Assembly: GCA_037445695.1 (NCBI GenBank)
Contig: JBBIKA010000007.1
Span: 1-47,304 of the forward strand
Direction of reading: 5' to 3'
Length of the DNA stretch: 47,304 bases
From: Chloroflexota bacterium
GTDB lineage: Bacteria; Chloroflexota; Anaerolineae; CG2-30-64-16
Below are positions 28,531 to 36,400 of this stretch, one piece after another; position 1 is the first letter of the stretch; every line of letters starts with the position of its first letter. The notes under the pieces were generated by a model. The model was given only the letters and a program-made list of their open reading frames with translations. It searched no databases and was not told the DNA's origin. A program made the position numbers and the translations under genes.

Positions 28531-29736
28531 TCAGTGCTGGGCATAACGATCGCGAATGGCTTTGCCCAGCAGAGCGACCAGGGGGCCAAGCGCGGCTAAA
28601 CCGATCGGGATGCCCAGATTGACCCGGCTGACCGGGGCCTCTGGTGCACTGCCCGCTGCAACGGTGCCTCCGGCCGACTGCGCATCGCTCCCGCCGGCGC
28701 CCGTGCCGGCGGCGATGCCAGAAGCCGGCTGATAGCGCAAAGGTGCAGGCAACGAACCGGCCGCATTGCCGTTGGCCGGGCTTCCCTCCAGCCCGCGCAG
28801 CATGTCAGTTGCTGCGAACGGCTCGCGCCCGCCAAAGGGCATGCCGGCCGCCGAGGGGGTGCCGGCGCCGGTACCGCCCGCCGAGCCCGGTGCAGCGGCC
28901 GCCTCGCCCCCGCCCGCGCCGGTGCCGCCCAACGAACCCGGCGCGCCGGCCGCTTCACCTCCGGCCGCGCCACCGCCGGTAGCCTGATCCACCGCAGGAA
29001 CACTGCCCAAACCGCCTCCCGTTCCGCCCCCGCCGGCGCCGTCCGTTGCCTCAGTCCCCGGGCGCTCGCCGATGACTCCGGTTTCCCCTCCGACGCCTCC
29101 GCTGTCCAGTCCGCCTCTGGACCCGTCATCCCACGTCTCTTTCACTTGCGCGAGCCAGTCCTCAGGGACGAGGAAATCGTCCCGCGCGCTGCCGCCAGGC
29201 CACGTGATGCCATCGTCACCGAAGCCATCGCCGGGGTTGCCGAAGCCCTCCCTGCCGATGAATTCATTCGGAAGGAGGCCATCCCGGTCAACCGACGGGA
29301 ACGTCTCGCCGGCCCCCATGCCGGGCCCTCCATCCTGGAGATCGCCGAGGACCGGTCCCCCGGTGCCCCCTATCGGGACCTGGCCGCCCGGCGTTATGCC
29401 CGACTCCATGTCCGGCCCGCCAATCGTTCCATGCGCAGCATCCGGCCGAAAAGGTGTCGCCCCTTGTTCTTCAGCTTGGCGCAAAATTTCCTGGATCTGG
29501 CGCGTCACCCGATCGGCCTCCGCCAGGGCGGCGCTCAGACGCTGGACGGCCGGCAAGACCTTGTCGGACATCTCCGCAAAAAACGCCTCAGAGCCTCTGC
29601 CGGTCCACGCGGGCCGCAATAGCGCCATCTGGCGGTTCAGCCGGCCCTGTACGTGACGAACTTTGGCCGCGTGTTGAGCGAAAGACCGCGCAATTCCGGC
29701 CAGCGATTCGTAGTTCGCTTGAATGAGATCTGCCAT
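28531..29736 (-). CDS. WXG100-domain protein with Gly/acidic low-complexity extension and C-terminal hydrophobic helix (putative T7SS substrate)
   Basis: WTGRGSEAF motif in a 100-aa helical N-terminus; GGAGG RBS before MADLIQ. Confidence 0.85.
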   Translation of the reverse strand: MADLIQANYESLAGIARSFAQHAAKVRHVQGRLNRQMALLRPAWTGRGSEAFFAEMSDKVLPAVQRLSAALAEADRVTRQIQEILRQAEEQGATPFRPDAAHGTIGGPDMESGITPGGQVPIGGTGGPVLGDLQDGGPGMGAGETFPSVDRDGLLPNEFIGREGFGNPGDGFGDDGITWPGGSARDDFLVPEDWLAQVKETWDDGSRGGLDSGGVGGETGVIGERPGTEATDGAGGGGTGGGLGSVPAVDQATGGGAAGGEAAGAPGSLGGTGAGGGEAAAAPGSAGGTGAGTPSAAGMPFGGREPFAATDMLRGLEGSPANGNAAGSLPAPLRYQPASGIAAGTGAGGSDAQSAGGTVAAGSAPEAPVSRVNLGIPIGLAALGPLVALLGKAIRDRYAQH

Positions 29737-29749
29737 AGGTCCTAACCTC

Positions 29750-30439
29750 CTAAGCTCCTGAGATGGCTCCGGTTTGGCTCTCCGCTCCTGGGGCCGTTTC
29801 GGCCGGCGGATTCCGCACGATGAACTTGAGCTCGATGCCGCTGCGCTCCAGGCGGATGATGTCGCCGGCCGCAATCGGCTGCGGTTTCATCTCCACCTGA
29901 AGGGGGCCTGGCCGTTGCGTCGAAATCAGCAAGACGGGATTATTGGCCATGTTTTCGATATAAAAACGTTCGCCGTCGTCACTGAGCTTGACGTGGCGCC
30001 GGGAGACGCGCAAGCCCGTGGGATACGAACGCAAATCCACGGCAACCCGTTCATCGTAGGGTTGAGACTCGCTGTGCCGGCCGATGATGGCCGGCAACCA
30101 ATGGATCTTGAAGGCCTTCCCCTCGCGCATCTCCCGCAGATAGATCGGCCATGCAGGACGATGTGTCCCGGCGGGAAGCGGCTCTTCGCGTTCAACTAAC
30201 GCCAGACGCTCCTGCGGGTGGACCTGCGCGCTGAGGGGCTGTTCGTCGGAAAGCGGTTCGCCGCTTTCCGCTTTTACCAAGTAGTAGTTTGCCGGCTCGT
30301 CGCTCAAATACTCCAGGCTATGGAACTCCTGCAAGATCGCCTTGACCAACTGGGGCGGCGTAAGATCGGCCAACGCCAAGGCTCTCTGGGCGGCCTGGTC
30401 GAACACATCTATGAACAGTTCAATGCGGGCTTGAGTCAT
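29750..30439 (-). CDS. EsaB/YukD-like ubiquitin-fold domain fused to an FHA domain
   Basis: N-terminal ~85 aa with a ubiquitin-like pattern (LTPPQLVKAIL...YYLV...PLSDEQPLS); FHA IIGRH...VSRRH...NP; immediately downstream of the EssC-like gene. Confidence 0.65.
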   Translation of the reverse strand: MTQARIELFIDVFDQAAQRALALADLTPPQLVKAILQEFHSLEYLSDEPANYYLVKAESGEPLSDEQPLSAQVHPQERLALVEREEPLPAGTHRPAWPIYLREMREGKAFKIHWLPAIIGRHSESQPYDERVAVDLRSYPTGLRVSRRHVKLSDDGERFYIENMANNPVLLISTQRPGPLQVEMKPQPIAAGDIIRLERSGIELKFIVRNPPAETAPGAESQTGAISGA

Positions 30440-30462
30440 TGCGCTGCTCCTGGCTCATCTCT

Positions 30463-33400
30463 TTACGACGCCTTCTCGGCTTCATGGCCATCGGCCTCCG
30501 GCAAACCGTTTTCGAGGCCTATCAACAGGCTATCATCGTCGAGCTGATCGCCGTAGATGGACCGATATAGCTCTTCATCCAATCCGCTGATCTCCCGATG
30601 AACCACCGTCAACACCTGGCGCAAAACCTGTTCATCGGCCCATTTCTCGGGTTCATAGCGGGCCAGCAAAGTGGGCAGGAGCGGTTCAACCTCCGGGTGC
30701 TCGTTGCGGCGCTGCGTCTCCCATAACATGGCCCGGCGCAACAAACGCAACATCTGCTTAAGCCTGGGGTTTTCTTCCGGCCGCGTCGCCTCCTCGCCCT
30801 CCTGGCTTGCTTTCTGCCCGCCTTCCATCCCCTCGGGTGGAGCCGACCAGACGGCCCTCGGCCCCGCATGCATGGCCAGGATCTGCTCGATCCAATGATC
30901 CAAAGCCGCGGCCGTTCGCTCTTCCTCTTCGATGTCCGGCATGTTCAGACCATCGTAAGGACTGGCAACCTGAATCATGGTCGGCTGTCCCGATCTGACC
31001 GCATAGCCGCGGCCGACGGGCAGATCCTTGCCGCTGCGGAAACCGGCCGGCAGGCGCATCACGCGCAAAGCGTCGAGGGCGCCCGGGGTGCGCAAGCCGA
31101 TGCCGAAGTTGGTGGCCTGTATCGCCCGCTTGAATTCGTTGGTCCCGCTCTCCATCGAGCCGGCCACCACAAAATGCAACCCTTCGCGACCATATCGTCG
31201 CGCGAGCCTTCCCAACTCTTGAGCCAGATTCTCTTGGCGGTCTATTTCCTCCGCGATATCATCGTAATTATCTATCAAGACGAAGACCTCACGCAGCGAT
31301 GTGTGCGCGGCAAGCAGCTCACCCTCGGCCTTGAGCCGGGGTACCAGATCGGCCAATTCGCGGACCTCGTTGACTGTGGCCACCACATGCGGCAGGTCGC
31401 TCAGCCGATGCCGGCCGCCATATTCGGCGAACCGGCGTTGGGGATCTACCAGGATCATCATCACCTGCTCAGGCGTATAGCGATAGGCCAGGGACAACAC
31501 AAAATCATAGAGCGCGGTCGTCTTGCCGGAGACCGGCGGGCCCACAATCTGGAAATGCAGTCCGGTCCGCTTGAGATCGAACACGGCCGGTTGAAGATTG
31601 ATGCTCTGGCCGAGCACCGCCTCGATGCGATTGGGCCGTACGGCCGGCGCCTTGGCGAGCATGATCTGTAAGGGCACGATCTCCGGCAGGATCTCGATGC
31701 GCTCCGGCGGATGACGCACCTCGCCGGCTGCGGCGGCCATATTGACGGCCAGGCGTTGGAGTTCTTCCGCCTCCGGCAGCGGATCTCGTCCGTCTTCCGC
31801 GGCCAATGCACCGACCGGCAACGCGGCCTGGAACAAGAGCGGGCGTCGGCCGAGACGGACATAACCGCGGCCGGGGATTTCGTCTATTTCGATGGCGCCA
31901 CGGCCAACGATATCCAGGTAGCGATCGGGATTGCTTTGTCGGAAAGTGATCTGCTGGCCGAAGAGCGCCAGCAACCGCCCCGGCATGTTATTCGGCGTAT
32001 TGGCCGAGACCACAAAACTGATGCCGGCCGCCAGCGAACGCCGCACCAAGGGCGTGATGGCAGCTTCGACAAACATCTCGTAGTTCTCGTGGAGAGGGGC
32101 AAAATTATCAATGATGACCAACACGGCCGGCAGGGCCTGCGCCGGGAAGCGCCGGTTGTACTCATAGAGGTTGCCGGCGCCGGCCGCGGCCAGCAACTGG
32201 CTGCGCTGATCGGTCCATGCCGTCAGCTTATCCACCAAGCGTTGGAGGCGCTCCTCGAAGCTCTCTTCGTCGGCATAGATGACTGTGCCGAGATGGGGCA
32301 ATGCTTCGAGGCTGCGATAGTTGTGGCCGCCCAGGTCCACGACATACATATGAAGCTCATCAGGCGCATGGGTAGCGGCCAGGTCCACCATGATCGTGCG
32401 CAGCAACGAAGTTTTCCCCCAGCCCGAATCGCCGAAGACGGCCAGATGCTCGCGCGTGAGGTCGAAGCGCAACGGGAATTGTTGGGCCTCGGCCGGATCA
32501 TCTACCAGCCCGACCGTTGGCCGCAACGCCCTCTCTTCCCAATCCACGCCGCGCCATAGCCCCGCCCCCTCCCCATTTAACCAATCGGTTACCGCAGGGT
32601 TGAGCTCGTCATACCTGCCGGCTTGCGCATCGAACAGCCTTGTCTGTAAACTGATCTGCCTGGGCAGGAAGGCAGGCCAGGGCTTGCGCGCCATCTTGCC
32701 GGCCGTCAACTCGGCGGCCAGGGTCACAACGGCATCATAAAACTTGGGCACCTCCTCGGCCGCCGTAATGCCGGCGATCGCTTCCGGTCGCTCAGGCCAG
32801 AGCACCGGAACGGGCCGATCGTCGGGTTGCGGCTCGCCCGTGTAAGAGATCTGCAATAACTCCAGGGGGTCATTGCCCACCTGGAGATAGCCGCGACCCG
32901 GCACGCCGCCCGGCAAGAACGCGGCATCAGGGCGCCGTAACAGCTCGACGCTGGTGTCGGTCTGCTCGACCCGCAAGCACAGCTTCAGCTTGATGTTGGC
33001 CCGCATCTGGTCGGTAACGCCTTTCGGCCGTTGCGAGGCCAGGATCAAATTGATCCCCTGCGAACGTCCCACGCGGGTGATGCTTTCCAGCTCGGCCTTG
33101 TACTCGGCGTAATCCTCGATCATCTCCGCGTATTCATCTATGATGATGAAGAGATGCGGATAGGGTTCGTGCGTAAGATGCAAGCCCTTCTGCCGATAAG
33201 CGACGATGTCTTTGGTGCCGGTATCCGCGTTGAGCTTCTGGCGGCGCCGGATCTCGGCATTGATCGCGGTGAACATGCGGCTGACGGCCGCCTTATTGAG
33301 ATTGGTCACGATATCTACGCAATGGGGCAGCCGTTCGAACGGCCTGAAAGCGCCGCCTCCCTTGTAATCCACCAACACGAAATTGAGGATATCCGGCGAG

Positions 33401-36400
33401 TAATTGAGCGCCAGGCCAACGATCATGGTCATCAGGGCTTCCGATTTGCCCGAGCCGGTGCCGCCGGCCAGGATGCCGTGGACGCCGTCTCGCTTCGCTT
33501 CCAAATGCAACGTGCGCGGCTTCAGGCCCGATTTGATGCCCAACGTGACTTTGAGCCAGTCGGCATGTTCTGGTGCCGCGTTCTCTGCCCAAGCCCGCGC
33601 CATGGCGGCCTTCAGTTCGGCCAGGAACGGACGGCCCGGGGCCAGCCCGAACTCTTCGCTGATGACCTGGCGATACGAGGAAGTCTTGGGCAGCGCATCC
33701 ACGCGGAGCGGCTCCTGATACCGCCGCGGTGCGCGCGCGATGAAAGCGGCCATGTGTTTGCCGATGGTGCGGATCGTCTCGGCTTCCGCGCGCGGCCGGC
33801 CTGGAATCTCCGGAGTGCCGATCGGCAAAGCGATCTGAAAGACAAGAGGATGACGATCTATCCGGGTCACCCCGCGGCCGGGAATCTCTTCGACTTCGGC
33901 CACGCGGCCGCCTACGATGCCCGCATAGTCATCGGCCTCGGCGAGCCGCAACGTGTAACGTTCGGTGAACAGGCTATAGAGTTTGCCCGAAAGGACGTTC
34001 AGCCGGCTGGCCGTGACAACGAAATGCACGCCGAAGGCCTTGGACTGTCCCATCAAGGTCACCAACGCGTCCAACAGGTTGTTCTGTTCCCCGGCCTTAT
34101 CATCGCCCCCGAAGGTCTCGATGTACTCGCCGAAGTTATCAATCGCGACCAGGATGGCCGGCAACGGCCTTTCGCCGTTGGCGGCGTTGTACTCGGCCAG
34201 GGTCGAGACCCCGGCGCGTGCAAACAGCCGTTTGCGTTCGTCAACGATCTCGTTCAACTCGCGCAGCAACTGCTGCACGCGTTCCTGATAGCCCGGCTCA
34301 TCCGGCAGGATCACCGTGCCCACGTGCGGCAGGGAGCGCAACAACTCGAGGTTGCGGCCCCCCAGGTCGAGCACGTGGGCATGGAACTCGTCCGGGGAAT
34401 GGGTGCACGCCAGGCTCAAGATCAGCGAGCGCAGGAAGGTCGTCTTGCCCCACCCCGAAGCGCCGAACATCACCACGTGGCCCTTGGTGAAATCCACCAC
34501 CAACGGCAATTGCCGGGCATTGTAGGGATCATCCACCAACCCCACCACCCCGCGCATGGCCTGCTGCGTCCAATCCACGCCCGGCCAGGTGCCGCGGCCG
34601 GCAAACCAATCGGCCACGCCGGCATTCAAGGACAATGGCGGTCCCTGTTTTGGCCACCAACCGCCGAAGGGCCCCGGCGCAAAATAGCGCTCTGCCAACG
34701 GGGCCGCCAACGTGAGCGCGCGCGGCAGAGACGGCGGCCAGGGCGGATGGGGTCGTTCCGCGCGCGCTTCGTCCAGGAGCTCGTTCGCCAGATCCACGAT
34801 GACATCATAGAACCTGGGCGCGCGCTCCCCCTCGCGCACACTCGCATACTCATAGGTCTCGCCGGTGTAGGCGGCTTGAAACAGTTCGATATTCTCGTTG
34901 CCGACCTGCAAATAGCCGCGGCCGGGAATGCCGCCGGGCAGGAACGCCGCGTCGGAACGCCGCAACAGCTCGCGGCTGGTTTCGGGCTCCTCGACCCGCA
35001 AGCAGATACGATACTTGATGTTGGCCCGCATCTGGTCGGTAATCCCGGTCGGACGTTGCGATGCCAGCAGCAAGTTGATGCCCGCCGAGCGACCGACCCG
35101 AGTGATGCTGTCGAGCTCGGCCTTGAACTCCGGGCTTTCGGCAATCATCTCGGCATATTCATCAATGATGATGAAAAGATGCGGCAACGGCGCATGGGTC
35201 AGATGATAGCCGCGGCGCCGATATTCGATGATATCCTTGGTGCCGGTTTCGGTGGTCAGCTTCTGACGACGCTCGATCTCGGCTCGGATCGCGGTAAACA
35301 TCCGTTGGACGCCGGCGCGATTCAGGTTGGTGACGATATCTACGCAATGAGGTAGCCTCTCGAAGGGCGCAAACGCGCCGCCGCCCTTGAAGTCTACCAG
35401 GACAAAGTTCAAGATGCTGGGATCATAGTTCAGCGCCAGGCCGACGACAACGGTCATGAGCAGTTCGGATTTCCCGGAGCCGGTCCCCCCGGCGATCAGG
35501 CCATGCACGCCATCCCGTTTGGCCTCCAAATGCATGGTGCGCGGCCGATCGCCCGCGACCAAGCCAAAAGTCACCGCCAGCCAATCGGCCTTTGCAGGCT
35601 GAATGCTTTCGGCCCACTTGCGCCGGGCAACCTCCTTGAGCGCGGGCAGGAAGGTGTCATCGAGCGTCAGTCCGTGCTCGCGCGCGAGCAGTTGTCTGAG
35701 CAGAACCGCTTTGGGCAGGGCGCCCACCGGGAACGGCTTCTTATATGTGCGCCCCGAGCGTTCCATGTAGCGCCGCATGCTGTCGGCCAGATGCACCAGA
35801 TCCTTGTTCTCATCGGCGCCGCGCGCGATATCGGTTGGCACGGCCACCTGGAAACTCAAGGGGACGCGGTCGCTGCTCATGTAGCCGCGCCCCGGAATAT
35901 CGGCTATCTCCGGCACAGAAGCACCCAGGACCACCCGATAATCACCAGGGTCGCCCAGCTTCAGCACGAAGCGCTCGGTGAAGATGTTATACAACTGGGT
36001 GGAAAGCGCATTCGGTTGGTTCGCTGTTAACAGGAAGTGTACGCCATAAGGTTTGGATTCGCGGGCCAGCGCCACAAAGCGATCCAGGAGCGTCTCGACG
36101 TTCTCCTTTTCGCCGCCGAAGGTTTCCTTAAATTCGACGAAGTTATCAATGACCACGACGATGCCGGGCAACGGATCGTCGCCGTGCGATGCATTGTATT
36201 TGAAGATGCTATCCACGCCCGCGTTGGCCAGGATCACCTTGCGCCGATCTACCACATCGCTCAGCTCCCGGAACAACTGCTCCACGCGCTCCTGATAGCC
36301 CTCTTCATCCGGATTGATCACAGCGCCCACATGAGGAAGGCCGGCCAAGGCGGCCAGGTTGCGCCCCCCCAGGTCCAGCAGATAGACGTGGGCACAATCG

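Noticed and set aside
33031-35355. 774-aa plus-strand ORF and other long ORFs opposite the ATPase
   Set aside because: Antisense shadows with no motifs; the minus-strand FtsK frame is clearly the coding one
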